This document shows, one piece after another, positions 1 to 13,699 of a stretch of 64,000 nucleotides of DNA. Position 1 is the stretch's first letter. The number at the start of each line of letters is the position of its first letter. The notes beneath the pieces are model-generated. The model saw nothing but the letters and a program-made list of their open reading frames with translations. It was not told the origin of the DNA and did no database searches. The translations under genes were made by a program, and so were the position numbers. Source of the stretch: Marsupella aquatica (lineage: Eukaryota; Plantae; Marchantiophyta); the NCBI GenBank assembly GCA_973895155.1, contig OZ316891.1, positions 16,123,137 to 16,187,136 on the forward strand, written 5' to 3'.

Positions 1-1731
1 TTAAAAAACTTACCCTTGACAGAGTCACCATATTTCCTAAAATCATTCGTAACTATTTCAATGAGAGATTCGAATGATTCACATGCCCAATCTTGTAAGC
101 GATTCACGGGAATGGTTTGTTGGACCTCTCGTAGATCACATTGCAACATCCCCACCGCAATCCCTTCTACATTATTCCATGGAATCCAAGTGTGACACCA
201 CTGTTTGACTGGATCATCATTGACGCTATTCGGATGGAAGAATTGTCTCCGGAGCTCCGGATTGCAATGTGCTACAAGCAAAGTACTTCGTAGCTTGGCG
301 TCAAGAGCCGAAACAGCTGTAAAAAGCCTGGCCCGGTCCATGGTACACAACATGGTATCTGGTTTCTTCTCTCTCTTATTCCTCTCCGTGACAGCATACA
401 TCTCTGTGCACGTAGATAGAAAGTCCTCAAACTCTGGACTCAACAAAGGAGTGATTTTCAAGGTCTTAACTGCCCATTCCTTGGTTGCTTCCTTCATCAT
501 AACGGCATGCCTTATGGAAACCTCCTCGACCGACCAAGGGGTACCGAGGGTCGCAGCGGACTCCATGTCAATCTTGAACTGATTCGAATACGACTTAATC
601 TTATCCTGACATAGAATGTACAAAAGAGCCTCCTGAGGCATCTTCTTTGTGTACCAGGATCCTTTTCACGTCTTCACCCTGATCTGCTCAAACTTCTTGT
701 AATTTGCAGGGTCGATGAGCTTACTATAGTACTCCAGGTCGTGCATCAAGATCCGCTTAATTCGATCGGCATCTAGGATCCAGGAGGGTTCCACAACTGC
801 TTGTCCTAGCCTGAAATAAAAGAACGAAATGAGAACATATAAGCAGCGCCGGGCGCTAGCAAAAAATTGCCTCGAAAAGTTATGCTAGAAAGAATGAACA
901 ATTCATAATGACTCACGAAGTTCTGCACCAAAGGGTATCTTACTGGTTAACGGTGTGCATAGCCGCTTCGATTTCTATCAGCGAACTCTTGTCGCCATTG
1001 AAAACAGTACAAAGCACACGCGGGTGGTACTTTGGGTTTTCGGGACTCTCTTGAGTGACAAGAGTCCACGAGTAAAGCCTATGGTTCCCGTCAAAAACTG
1101 AGAACATTATGTCTTTCAAAACTAGAAAATCTGGGTCGGCAGCATATTCTTCCTCAAATTTCTCGTTCTCAGATGTCCATATTGGATCCCAACTCTCATG
1201 AATTTCTTGAGTATAGGTGAGAAGCGCTCCCTCAGCATCGGTAGGCTGAACGTAAAACCTCATTCCAATCGAAGAATTGTATCCCATGCTATGGAAAGAG
1301 TCTTTTAGCTTGTCGATGGAAGAACTGTCTTTCTATAGAGTTCGGACAACCTCCATATGCACCAATCGACATAGTGGAATTCATGGAGGCTCTTTGTCAA
1401 ACCCTCTGAAATCCTTCCCAAACGACATGACATGTTTTGAAATAAGATCCGTCTCGGAAAACGAAACATCTTGAATCGCAAATGTGTCAAGATTCTCCAT
1501 CTTCTTTCTCGCTGGTTTGGCAAACGAAATACTTGAGATTGGAACAAGCGATGCGGTGGACCTCGTTACTCGACGCGTATACACTGAACCAGAGAATGAA
1601 GACTCAGAAGACTCGCAATACCCACGATCCTGATCCCCATCCACACTATACCCCCTCGACGAGGAGGGGATTGCATCCATCGTCTTTACGATGAAAGGTG
1701 TACGAACGGAATCCTCACGACTAATTACCAA
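1..1731 (-). pseudogene. ParB/Srx-like domain gene, 5' part (runs off window); intron 811-943
   Basis: Reading through TGA/TAG stops gives IPLCRLVHMEVVRTL.KDSSSIDKLKDSFHSMGY...VFDGNHRLYSW, a ParB/Srx-like pattern. GT-AG intron (CA|GTAAGA ... TTTCAG|G) joins HTVNQ to LGQAVVEPSW, at the same position as in copy B. Start codon uncertain (1680-1739). Confidence 0.7.
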
Positions 1732-4700
1732 TTCTCCATACCATATTAACAGTTGCGTCCGTATTATATCCGATCAATGAGCGCTATTCCCCTCTTTGTA
1801 ATCGGTTGGAGAGACGTTACTCATTGCGAACGACAAGATTCAATTTAATTTATCAGTGACGGAAAGCGACAACTTAGAAATTGCGATAAGTATTAATGTG
1901 AACTAAGCTAAAATGTTTGCGTGATAATCACGCTGAACATTAGTTACCGTTAAAAGTTACCGTTGTCTCAGCACCTTGCGAACAAACATGCAATGCCAGC
2001 GCCGGGCACCAGCAAATAAGAGACTACCAAATTGAAGAACTTATTGGTGAACAAATGCTAGCGCCCGGCGCTAGCCATTTGAATAATTTCATTAACGTTC
2101 TTTCTAAGCAATATATATTGTCAACAAACTCCTAAATGTACCTGTTTCACCTGTAGTAACCAAATTTTACTTAATATTATGAGATTAAATTTATTGTATC
2201 AATAGTAGCGCCTGGCGCTAGTAAAAATTCACTATATTTGCATCAATATTTAGTATGTAATTATGCTAGCGCCAGGCGCTAGTCATAATACTTTTCAAAT
2301 TATGTCATTGTTATTACAATGGCTTTTAGGTAGCGCCCGACGCTAATGAAATGGACGCACTTGTATATACTACTATCTAGTCGTATTCATGTAATAAATA
2401 TTCCTGACACCCGCACTTGACGGGCAAAAACGACAAATGTATCATTTATGATTTCAACGGACGAGTGTTCTATGTCGTATTGAAACGTCTCTTTCAACGG
2501 CCGGTGGTCCTCGAAGGGGTGTTATAAGCACAAGAAATACGGTTGGGATTGGGCTATTGCATGAATTACTTCTGGCCTAAACTTCTTTCGTCTACAATGT
2601 CGCGCTCAATTGTTATTACACGTGCTTATACCCGGGAAGTCGTCAAAGTTCCCGTGCAGGTTTCTGATACTTATAGGCAAGTAAGCGAGAACTATCTGTG
2701 CGGGAGATTTGATTTGAGAATCAATGACATTCTGTCGATTGTTCTTGAGGAGTCATCGAGTGGAGGACATGAACCAGCTACGGCATTTGATGTGGATGAC
2801 GGAATACGTTTCTGGCACATGAATGTAGGACTTCGTTACACGCTTCATGTCAAACCTACTCCTCTTCAATCGGTTGTTCAGGACATTCCGCCCCAGGTTG
2901 TTGAAATATCTGAGAGTGAAGATGAGGAAGTTGCGCCCAATCCTCCTAAGAAGCACAAAGCTCCAAGCTCTAGTTGCCTTAAGAGTGAACCGGTGGCCAC
3001 TTCCACTGTAGATGTCCAAAAGGTTTACAGGCGGAGTGCAATGGACGCCTTACTCAAGGCCACAGGCCATAGTGAATTGTCAAGATTTATCTCGGCAGGG
3101 GACTTTCGACACGATCAAGTTCCTTGTTTGCCAAACAAGTACAACGGAAATATTGTATTTGAATTGCCTCCCATTGTGGGAATGCAGTCCAAAGGATCTA
3201 GACTTCGTGACATGGACCGTGCCAAAGATTGTTACATTTGGACCAGGATTTTTCCAACGACCGTAAACGTGCAACCAAAGAAACACTGGGAGTTTGGTAA
3301 AGTCAGTTGTACTGGGTTCGTCGAGTGCAGGAACAAGTCTTGTGAATATTTTTTGCGAAAGAAGAGATGCAATTCTAAAGCGTGGGCTGGTACCCCTAAG
3401 CTTAGTGGCCAGCATGTGGTGGGTTCGCTCATTGAAGAGGGTGGTATAGTATGTCACTACTGTGAAAAGATTCCTTTTTGTGTGGACTCTTGCCCTGCTC
3501 GCTTGTTTTATATGTATCCACAGGTCCTACTTGATACAGAAACCTATAGTCACATGTCTCGTCTCGCGATACATATAGGTGAACATAATCATCCGAGTAG
3601 AAAAGTTTTCTCGAGGAGTGCTGAAAAGATGGCCGAGGACTTAATAAAAAGAAATCACGAAGCCAATCCTCTTGCAAAACCGGCTGGGATTTTGAATTCG
3701 ACGACTGGTTCGCTTGTGAAAGCTCTTTGCGAGAACGTTGACGACATCATAGATATTGAAGAAACCGAAATTTGGAAGTCTCTCATGGTTCTATCTACTC
3801 CTCAGAAATTTGCGTCCCTTTGTCGCAGCATTTGAATGGACCAGGCTGGTCGTGGTGAGTTAGATTTCCTAGCTCGAATGCAAAGGTCAAATAATATTTC
3901 TTTTCTCCAAAGGTATCTTCTTCCGGGTCAGGGTTGTTTAGCAGATCGTCCCCACATATTCAAAATGTCAATGAAGGGTCATGGATCTGGTGTAGATCTT
4001 TTACGTCAGATGCAACCTGGCGGAAGACTGGAAGGGGCTTGGGTGAGTTTTGATGTCATGAAGCGAGTGACAACCGACTGGTTTACTTTTAGCACACACG
4101 TTTACGATCACAACTTTCGAGCTCTTTGTACAATATTCACATGCGAACTAAAAGCTGAAGACATAGAGTCCTTTGAGAAGGCATGGAGAATTATGATAGA
4201 GGTTTGTAAGGAAAATGGGTTACATGAGGTTACCATTCAAGGTTTTATGGCTGACAATGCTCAGGCTGGATGGATTGCCGTTCGCAATGTCTTTTTTGGG
4301 GGTCACCCAGACCCTGAACGTGAACGCTCCGATGCATTCCACTTTTACCAGTCTTTCCATCGACATTCCACCGAGGGAGTACTCGAGGGTAGGCAACCTG
4401 AACATCTAAGACTGTGGGAGAAATTGCAAAATGCTCCATCATTCGTTGCTGCGTACCGAGTTTCTAGGGAGATTGTGTTATGGTGGCAAGCAGGCAACTG
4501 TGTTCCAGGGAAACTGATGATGTTGCAGAGTTGGATATCATGGTGGGTCGTTCGATGGCATCAGTGGGGGAATTTCATTCGCGTGGTAAGTTTTAGCAAT
4601 GCTTACAATAGTCACTTCGCCATGTTTTTTACTAGCGCCTGGCGTTGCTTTTAACTGTACAGATGCCAACATTATATTATTACATCATACACAATGCTAG

Positions 4701-6625
4701 CGCCTGGCGCTGCTTTAAACTATACAGAGAACTTTGCCACATTCATGACTTATGAACACTTGATAATACCAACATTACCGTAATATATATTATATACATT
4801 GCTAGCGCCTGGCGCTGCTTAAACAAATTGACTAAAGTTGGTCTGGATCCACTTCATTGTAGAGCAAAAGCGCAGAAGAAGGTGCCCTCATTCCAAACTG
4901 TACAGGTTTTGAGTCAAGGCACGCTTCAATGAAAGCATGGGCAACCAAGAAAATGGTGGGCCTCTTCGAAGCATGCCAAGTTGATCAAAATCGGGCTATA
5001 TCTCAAGTTGCAGGTTACAGTGCATATCGGAAAGGACTCAATAGAGGGAAGGGGCCAACTATCTGGGAATTGGCATTCCGTTCGGCAGACCAAGCAGGTT
5101 CACCCAAGTTATTCGAAGAAGCCACTAACATGATTCTTTTCAACTCTGCCGATTTTGATCTGGGTAGGAATTCTCCTCTGAATGGAGATATTGTCACCAA
5201 ATCGGTTAAGAGGAAGGGACTTGCAACTGGGATTGTCTCACCACAAGACTCCCATCGGCATGACACCATTCTCATCACTACCCCAAATACTCGAGGATTC
5301 AAACGGAAGAATCTCAACAAGACTGAGTTCACTTCCATTCCCGCCAATGTAGTAGATCCTATAGTAGACCTCTACGGGAGTGACACTTCAACAAGTGAAA
5401 GCGGTTCCCTTGTGAACACCCCTGAAGCCACGAGGGAAACAACATCATCTCAACAACCACGTAGTGCCCCCGCTGTGGTTCAACGTTTGCCGACAGAATC
5501 AGGTCCATTGGAAATGGACGTTCCAAGAGGAAGCTGGCATTTGAGACGGACGGCCAAATATGGGGCAGGGGCATAGTGTAATGGGACCTTGCATGGAAAT
5601 TCTGACAGAGATGAGTGTCAAAATCGTGTCAAGAAAATAGGGTTCCATTCTGCTGCCGGTGTTGTCGGCATTGTTGTCAGCGGACATCGCATTTTCAGAG
5701 GAACTCCCATTGCCGAAATGATATGGTTCTGCCCAAACAGCACATGCTACAAGAGCCGCCCGCGTCGTGGTGTTGAACGCCTTCCTCCTGTACCGGACAT
5801 CCTGCCAGTTGTGAAAGGAACAAACCTTTCGCTTGGAGAGATAGAGTACCTTCAAGCGCAGGGAGTCTCTATGGTCCAAACAGCTACGCCCTCTCGAACT
5901 CGAACTGCACCATTTGCATTCGACTTGAGAATCAATGTTAACACATTTCCAGAGAAAATCAATTTTGCGGAGCCCAACGTGCGCCTTCGTAGCAGGAATG
6001 GGAGGAACTCCAGACCTCGCTCTAATCTAACTGTGGCTCATAGTAAACGAATGGAGTCGGCTCGAAAAGAAGCTATGACTCTGGATGGAGAGTGGGATGT
6101 GATTAGTGGAATTGCTTATGGGAAACAATTCAGAATACGGACTCATGAGAACCTTCGATCGCCAAACACTTACTTTGTCCAAATGTGCATCTTCCCTACT
6201 TGTTCCTGTGAGGATTTCTTCCATCGTCATTCCCGCGGCAAGCCGTATATGCCCTGTAAACATTTGTACTAGGTGTTCATAAATGTCTTCAAGTTTCATG
6301 TAGAGGAGTCTACCCTGTGTAGCCAGCCAATTTTGACAGTTGGAGAAGTCAGACTTGTGTTGGAGAGGCACAACGCAAATGGTTTATAGAGGGACACGAT
6401 TTATCCTTAACTATCGTATTCCATAACGGATACTATGTTGTTTTGTCTTTAGTCAACGGATATTACTTTAGGTTTTTATGTGGTTTTGGTTAGCGTCGGG
6501 CGCTGGTCAATAACTTATTTATAAAATTTTGTTTTTTGTGGTTATTGCCATTGGATGGTTCAATAAGCTTTTATTATCGTCCCATTATTCTGCGTACTTA
6601 ATCCTTTGTTAGCGCCTGGCGCTAG
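844..6625. repeat. Dispersed palindrome TAGCGCC(A/T/C/G)GGCGCTA, copy-A set
   Basis: Copies at ~844, 1997 (degenerate), 2057, 2206, 2265, 2331, 4632, 4696, 4801, 6491, 6610. All lie in introns, the intergenic spacer or the 3' flank. Confidence 0.9.
2597..6389 (+). pseudogene. MULE-like DDE transposase with N-terminal GCM/WRKY-like Zn finger and C-terminal SWIM finger; intron 4586-4862
   Basis: ATG at 2597. Cys/His cluster CTGFVECRNKSC...CHYC...C...HIGEHNHP. Putative DDE: FDVMKR, FMADNAQAGWIAVRNVF...FH, and CTGFESRH after in-frame splicing (GTG|GTAAG...TGTAG|AGC). SWIM: CSCEDF...PCKHL. Three in-frame stops (3833, 5574, 6270). Ends GL* like copy B. Confidence 0.75.
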
Positions 6626-7039
6626 TTTCACACTCTGCCTGACAGACCCCTATGTTTCCGATAACATAATTCAGTCCACAACTGGCTTTGTGGTGGGTCC
6701 CGCCTGAGCATACTCCATTTCTCCATGGGTATTATTATGGTTAGCCTTTTTTTAACCACACTAATGAAGTATATGAACTAAATGAAGCATTTAAAAGTGG
6801 ACTGTTTAGAAATGTTGTTGTATATAAACAGCAGTGAATTGAATGACAACCCTTTTTTATCTATAATCTGAGCAAGTGACAATGGATTGGAACCTCTCCG
6901 AGCAACTGTGAGCACACTTCTCCCTTAGATCTGACGTCGTGTCTTATGCCAGTAGGAATATTTTTGGCTTAAGTATGTGGTTGTTCCTTACGTGAATTTT
7001 AGAAAAACTTTGCCAAATAATACACTTTTACAATAACAA

Positions 7040-7077
7040 TTTCCTGTTACCAGGAGAAATTACCTGGTAACAGGAAA
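7040..7077. repeat. Perfect 15-bp-stem subterminal hairpin
   Basis: TTTCCTGTTACCAGG-agaaatta-CCTGGTAACAGGAAA, about 20 bp before the end of element copy A. Confidence 0.85.
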
Positions 7078-7100
7078 ACTGTTTCCTGTTTCCTGTCTCC

Positions 7101-10100
7101 ACTGCTATACCCACCAGGCTAAGGCGCGGGCTCGCAAGCAGGAATTAAGAACACCGCAGAGAGACAAAAATCATGCAGGAATACCTGATGGAAAAAACCA
7201 AGATCTCTCACATTCTTACATGAAAATTGGACGGCTGCAGGCATGAGGAATGGACCCGGACAGAGAAATTTGGTGGCTAATAGGAATGAAACAGACGCAG
7301 CAAGACAAGTAAGAGGTAGATCAGAAGAACGAGATATATCATAGGAGACCTGAGGTAACATCCGTGACAATAGATCCGTGGACAGGAACTCCTCACCTGG
7401 TTACTCTCGGCCTTCTACTCCTAGGAGTGGAGGACCGGGTGTGTCTCCCGGGGGCAGGCCTCAGATTTAGTTCAAGATGGAATAACATCCATGAAGAACT
7501 TAGCCTGAATTATATATTGAAGAATGGATTGATAATAGACTAAGGATTGCTTCATGGAATGTGTGTGGGCTCTGTGAGCCTAATAGAAAACAGCTAGTAA
7601 AAGAATGGTTACAAGGCTTTTCTGCCCTGATTGGAGCGTTGGCATTACAAGAGATCAAGACTGATCGTTGGAAGATAGATTTGGCTCACCGGGCTATTCT
7701 ACCGCACTACCAACTACTCTTGTCTGAACCAAATGAAGGACGCGGGGGAACGTGTTTGATGATCCATCAATCATGGAGGATTATTAGCCATGGAAAACTG
7801 GATTTAGGGAGAGCAGTCTAGGCAGTAATAGATCATGAAGAGGGACCAATTGGAATAGCCACTATATATGCACCAAACTTTGCATGACTTCGGGCAGCAG
7901 TGTGGCATGAACTAGCACTACCACAGGCAAATTGGATCATTTGCAAGAATTTTAACATGATAGAGGAACGGGAAGACTTGACTAGTGGATTGTCACTTAT
8001 AAGAGGAATGGAGTCTGAATTTTGGAGATTTTTGAAAGTTTGCTTTGACCTTGTTGATGCCATCAAGATTGGAGGGATCAAATCTGGCTCTTCTTTTACT
8101 TGGAGACAGGGGTTCCACTCTCTCAGATCATGACCTGGAAATACTTGAAATTTTGATTAAGGCTGAAGACAAGAGGGGAGGGAGAGGGAAGGCTCACTTA
8201 TTGAAGGCAAACCTGCTTTGTTAAGCAATAAGGATTCTTTGGAAAGACTCAAAGCACACTAGATGAAAGGAAGTGAGAAACGGATCCACATGTGCGATTT
8301 GCTAACTAAGGCACGCAACGCACTCCATAAGATATACAAGGTAATACAACCTCTACCAAAGAAAAAAGAAGAAGAAATGAGCTACCTGAGAGCAAAACTC
8401 CGACGACTAAAAGAGGCTTTAAAGGACTTCAACTCGGAAGAAGAAGTGATGGAATGCATTTGCACAGAGGACCAGCTCCATGCAGTAGAAATAGAGGAAG
8501 CATTACAAGGAAGAAGATTGACAAGAATCAATTGTTGGGTGAAGGAGAAGAATCTACTAATTTCTTTTCTTCGCTTTGATCAAGGCCAAAAGTGTGTTGA
8601 TAGAAGATGAACTTCTTACAGATAGATAATGGCAAAATTATCAAAGAAAACAAGTTGATAATGAAAGAAGTAGAACGACACTGTAATACTCTTTACTCAC
8701 CAAAGCAGTTATCAAGAGTCAAAAAAAGGGAATGTTTGGAGGCAAGAAGGAAGTTACTAGCAAATACTAGTGGGGGCACTGACAATGGCAGAAACTTGTT
8801 TGTTGGAGGAGCCTCCATCGGAGAATGAGATCTGTGGGGTGGTTTGGAGTCTTCCCTTGGATACAACTCCAGGACCAGATGGGCTCATTGTGGAAGTATT
8901 TTGAGCTTGTTGGGAATTCATCTCGCAAGAACTTGTTGGCAATGATACAAGATTTTTAGTTGACTGGGAAACTTGCGGCTGGCATCAAAGACAGAATATT
9001 AAAACTAATACCAAAGAAAGCAAACAAATGCTTCTTGAAAGATTGGAGACCATTGACCATGCTCAACATGACCTATAAGTTGATAGCCAAGATCTTAGCT
9101 GCCAAAATGCAGCTGATCCTTCCTAGGATGATTATCAAACAACAGACTGGCTTTATTTCTGGTAGACATATTTTGAAGAACATCTCGGTTGCCTGACTCA
9201 GTGGGGAATGGGTCCATAAGAGGCAGAGGTCTATTCTGTTTCTAAAGCATGACTTTGAAAAAGCATTTGACAAGGTAAACCATGACTATTTTTGGGAAAC
9301 CATGCTACAGACTCTTGGGATTCAGTGGAAGGATCATTCTTTTTGTCAGATTGTTGCTCACAGTGGCATTCGCTCAAGCAGCAATCAGTGGACTCATCTT
9401 TGATGCAATGGAGTTGAAAGGGGGGGGTGAGATAGCGGTGCCCGCTCTCCCCTTTACTCTTTGTGTTATTGACACAACCACTCATGTCCTGCTTAGAATT
9501 TGAGATGAATGCAGGGCAATTGAGTGGAGTTACAATAAATGAACACCTTAGTTACTATATGTTTTAGATTGTTTGCTAATGATGTAGGAATATATGTTTA
9601 TTCCAGCCACAAAGGAAGCGTTTGCAGCTGCTAAATGGGCTCTGGCTTGCTACGAGTCTGCATCTTGAGCCAAGCTAAACCTGCAGAAATCCACTATCGT
9701 TCCTTTTGCACTACTTAGAAACAACTTTGGATTGGCTGGTGGAGACTGGCTGCCACATGAGCAAAGCACGGGAAACATAGAAATACCTCGGGGCCCCCTT
9801 CGGGCTGGACCTCTCTACTGAATTGATACACAAATTTTGTCTTAACAAAATTGCCACAAGATTGGCTTCTTGGGCCAACAAATTGCTTTCATTCACCGGG
9901 AGATCACTATTGCTGAAACATGTATTAATGGCCATACCAATCTATCATGTCATGCATATGAGGACTTTAGTTGGGCTGGCTAAGAAGCTTATTGCTCTTT
10001 GCAGGGACTTCCTGTGGGGATACAATCTGGTAGGGACTAAGAGGATCCCTTTGGTGGCTTGGTCCGAGCTTGTACTCATCCTAAAACTGAAGGAGGATTA

Positions 10101-10580
10101 GGATCCAAAGATTTTCACATCCACTTTGATTCACTTCTAACTCAATGGTTTATGAAAGCTTTGGACTGGCCCAATGAAGCATGGTCGTTGGTGGTGAAAG
10201 CTAATCTAGACTTAATGGGCTGGAAGAATTATAAGGTGATACGTAGAAACCAACACTGGTTTAAAGATAAGCTCTTGATTTGTTCCCCTCGCTTGAGTTG
10301 TGGGTTGTCTTACACTTAGGGTCTATGGAAGGTCTGGGAAGAACTGCAACAAAGAATCACTTTTGTCCTTGGTGCAAATGGGGTGCCAAGCAGGTGGAGT
10401 ATCCAGGACACACTTAGGTGCCTTTCATGTTCCCACTCTTGGTTAGAGGAGCATTTTGACGAGGTAACAAGAATTGCAGGAACTTGGTGCGAGGTGCATC
10501 GTTGACTACTGGTTGGAACAAGCTGGATTGTGGATTGACTTTACTGGTCATTGGCATTTCATGAGGGGAGTGTCTCATGG
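7101..10580 (+). mobile_element. Degraded L1-type LINE (ORF1 tail, APE endonuclease, RT); truncated at both ends
   Basis: AKARARKQELRTPQR ORF1 tail; ASWNVCGL and LALQEIK endonuclease motifs; KDWRPLTMLN...KLIAK, QQTGFI.GR and DFEKAFD RT motifs; many stops and frameshifts. Homologous to the LINE at 14891-23890. Confidence 0.9.
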
Positions 10581-13500
10581 TGTGACGTAGCCAACACAAC
10601 TGGTAACTAGTAATACGGCTAATCCATATTAAGCATGTACAAAGTAGACGTAGGAATCTATAGTTATTAGCATAGACACCAGATTAGCTAGTCATGATGA
10701 TTAGCATAGGATTAGGATGATGATATGTCATAGACACCAGATTACTCAGATTAGCAGTGATGAGATTTGAGGTCCTAGGCATGAGCACTGGGTTGGCCCA
10801 ATCACAATGGGCTAAGGCACTCTGCTTGCGGACACCTAACTAGGAAGTTATGGGCGTTGCCAGTTGGTGGCGCGCCCAGACATGCAAGATAGGGTCCGGG
10901 TTGGGGACCAAAGTTTTTCTGGGGGCGGCAGGTCTCCAGAAGCATATATGAGGGGAGTGGTGTCTCCCTAGGGGCAAGCCAAAGTCATGAGTCGCGGCGG
11001 TTGCAACACTAAGGGAAAATGTCAAACGGAAACGACAATAACTTCCCAATGAGAAGTTTGTTGGGGGGACTTCTTGGGTGCATTGGAAATCTCTCTAGAA
11101 GGGATACGTCCTCTTGAGCTAAACTGGGTCTAGGGACGCCGTAGTTTCTCAAGGTTTGTGGGTGTTATCTTGCCCGCTTGCCAAATCCTGCCAAAACAGC
11201 AGCTAAGCCGCGTTCAGTCTCTCAAGGGAGCTTGCATTGGGGAGGCAAGGCCAAGTAGGTGTGGAGGTTGAGTTCCAAGGGCACTTGGCCCCTAGACCAT
11301 CGGTGGGCAAGAACCGGGAGTTAGTTGATAAATTAAGTCGGGGCCGTTTTGGTCCTTACATGTTGGGACAAGCTTTAGGACAAGCTACGCTATTTGGGCC
11401 ATGAGTCCCATGGCAGTAACTCCATCTTAACAATCGTGGATTGTTTTTCCAAGATGATGTATTTCTTGCCGACTACAAAAATGGTTTTGGCACAAGAGAT
11501 TGTCGGTCTAGTATTTGACAATGTCTTCCAACAATGGGGATTGCCGTTGCATATCCTGTTCGACCGCGATACCAAGTTCAAGGAACATTTCTAGAAGGCG
11601 TTGTTCTGGTTATCCAGAACAGACCTTACTAGGGGATCAACGTATCATCATGAGACGAACAGCCAAACGGAACGAGTGAATGGTACCATGGAGGACTACT
11701 TGTGTCACTTTGTGATAGCCAATCAAAAGGATTGGGCAAAGCACTTAACAATAGTTGAGTTTAGGTATAACTCAACCAAGCATTTGGTGACAGGGTTTGC
11801 GCCGTTTGTGTTGGCCACAGGGAGGACACCAAGGGCGCTCTCCTGGTTCATAAATCTGGAAGCTTGGTGGACGGAAAGCAAGGTTCCTTTTGCGGACAAT
11901 TTTATTCAAGAGCGATGCCTAGTTGTCAAAGTGGCTACCAAGGGTATGACCCTTGCCCAAAGTTGGTACAAGGAGCAAGGGGATAAACATTGACGCCAGG
12001 TAAGCTTTGAAATTGGGGAGAGCGTTTGGTTGCAGTTGAGACCTGAATAATGCCACAAGAACATAAGTAGGAAGCTGCCTCCCAGATATGCGGGGCCTTA
12101 TTGCATCATACAATGGGCCCACAAGGATAATCCGGTTTTGGTGGTGTTGGAGACACCCAAGGAAATGAGCGTAGGCAAAAGCTACCATGTTAGCCGGCTC
12201 AAGAAATTTGTCAAAGACAATGATCCCAACCGGGGTCAAGTCTTGCGTCCTGACGCCATGCTGGTGGAGGACGCTGAGGAGTTTGAGGTGGAGGCAATTA
12301 TGGACCACCGTTACAAACGCAAGTTAGGAAGGCAAATCTTAGAGTATTTGGTGAAGTGGGCTGGCTATGATCAGGCCGAGAGTACTTGGGAACCAGAAGA
12401 AAATTTGGGTAATGCCCCAGAGATCCTTGGAAGCTATCGTAAGCAAAGCGGCCTACCGTCGTTGTGAACTGGTACAGGCAGTAGTAACTACCTTTGTGAG
12501 TTGTATCCTAGTTTCACTCCTCATGGCCTCTTGAAGATAAAATTGGATTGCGTGGGCGCTAGAGGTTGTTGGGCGGCTGATTTGCTTCTTGCAAGTGGAA
12601 GTTGATGGTGCCCGCCTCACATCTGTGGGCGGGCTGGTTCAAACCAAAGGGCAGGTACCCCAAGGGGAGAACAATGGGTCCGACGAGTTTGCATTTAGCT
12701 TACCTGCTTGGACTAGCATCCCACTTGGATAAGTGGGAAAGGTTGGAATTTCCTAAGTCTGGAATGCGCATGCCAACCTGGTTTGCATCAGCCTTATGGG
12801 CAAACCATTTGTTACCTCATAATATTTTTTAAGACCTAAAGTGGTCTAGGCATGCTGGAACGTTTACTTAGGTCACGTGGACGTGACCATTTTTAAGGGG
12901 GGGTGAAAATCGCAGAACTCGACTACCTTAACACTTAGCTCCGGTGTCGCTGACTCTGACATTGAGCTCCCTTATGGTCCAAGCCCAAATAGGCCATCTG
13001 GGGAGGACTTAGCATGGGGAGACTTGTGGGCAATGAAACGTGGCACTGGCGAAGGCAAAGCGCCAAGCTGGTGACACACACTAAGGACTTAGGCTAGCTG
13101 AGAGCTGGTCGGGTCAAGGGGAAAAGGGTTGGGCTCAAGGTCAACCGTCCAGACCCCCAGATGAACTTTGAGTTCTGAGGGCTTGAGTGAGAGCTCCTCT
13201 TGGGCCCAAGGCCAATGGAGTTAACGCCATGGACAATGGATGTTTGGGGCGTGAGTTATGGCCCGATCTGGGTTTGGCCGATTGGGGCCCCAAGCTAGCG
13301 GCAATGAGATCTGAGGGCCTAGGCATGAGCACTGGGTCGGCCCAATCACAACGGGCTAACTAAGGCACTCCATTGCGGATGCCTAATTAGGAAGTTATGG
13401 GCGTTGCCAGTTGGTGGCGCGCCCAGACATGCGGGATAGGGTCCGGGTTGGGGACCAAAGTTTGTCCGCGGGTGGCAGGTCTCCATAAACATATATGAGG

Positions 13501-13690
13501 GGAGTGGTGTCTCCCTGGGGGCTAAGGGCAAGCCGAAGTCGTGAGCCGCGGCGGTCGAGTCGACACTAAGGGAAAATGCCAAATGGAAACGATGATAACT
13601 TCCAAATGAGAAGTCCATTGGGGGACTTCTTGGGTGCGTTGGAAAGCTCTCTAGGAGGGCTATGTCCTCTTGAGCTCATCTGGGTCTGGG
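10581..13690 (+). mobile_element. Decayed chromovirus (Ty3/gypsy) fragment: LTR-like 10581-11360, integrase-chromodomain, PPT, partial LTR
   Basis: TGTGAC...TTACA segment. Sequence 10765-11130 is repeated at ~13307-13690. Purine run AAGGGGGGG at ~12895 is PPT-like. Confidence 0.75.
11394..12467 (+). pseudogene. Gypsy integrase core + chromodomain
   Basis: TIVDCFSKMMYF, WGLP..I.FDRDTKF, YHHETNSQTERVN, and chromodomain FEVEAIMDHR...EYLVKWAGYDQAESTWEPEENL. Interrupted by stops. Confidence 0.9.
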
Positions 13691-13699
13691 GGTGTTAAA

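Larger units (their letters stand above)
1..7100. mobile_element. Copy A of MULE/SWIM-transposase + ParB-like DNA element (left part outside window)
   Basis: Divergent gene pair homologous to 47491-51809 and 56607-60362. About 11 TAGCGCCNGGCGCTA palindromes in non-coding parts. Ends in TGTTTCCTGTTTCCTGTC (~7080-7097), matching the right end of copy B (~60876-60893). Confidence 0.75.

Noticed and set aside
1-20. Extra intron donor GTAAGT in copy A gene 1
   Set aside because: Reads VKGKFF, aligning with VKANFF in copy B, so it is probably coding.
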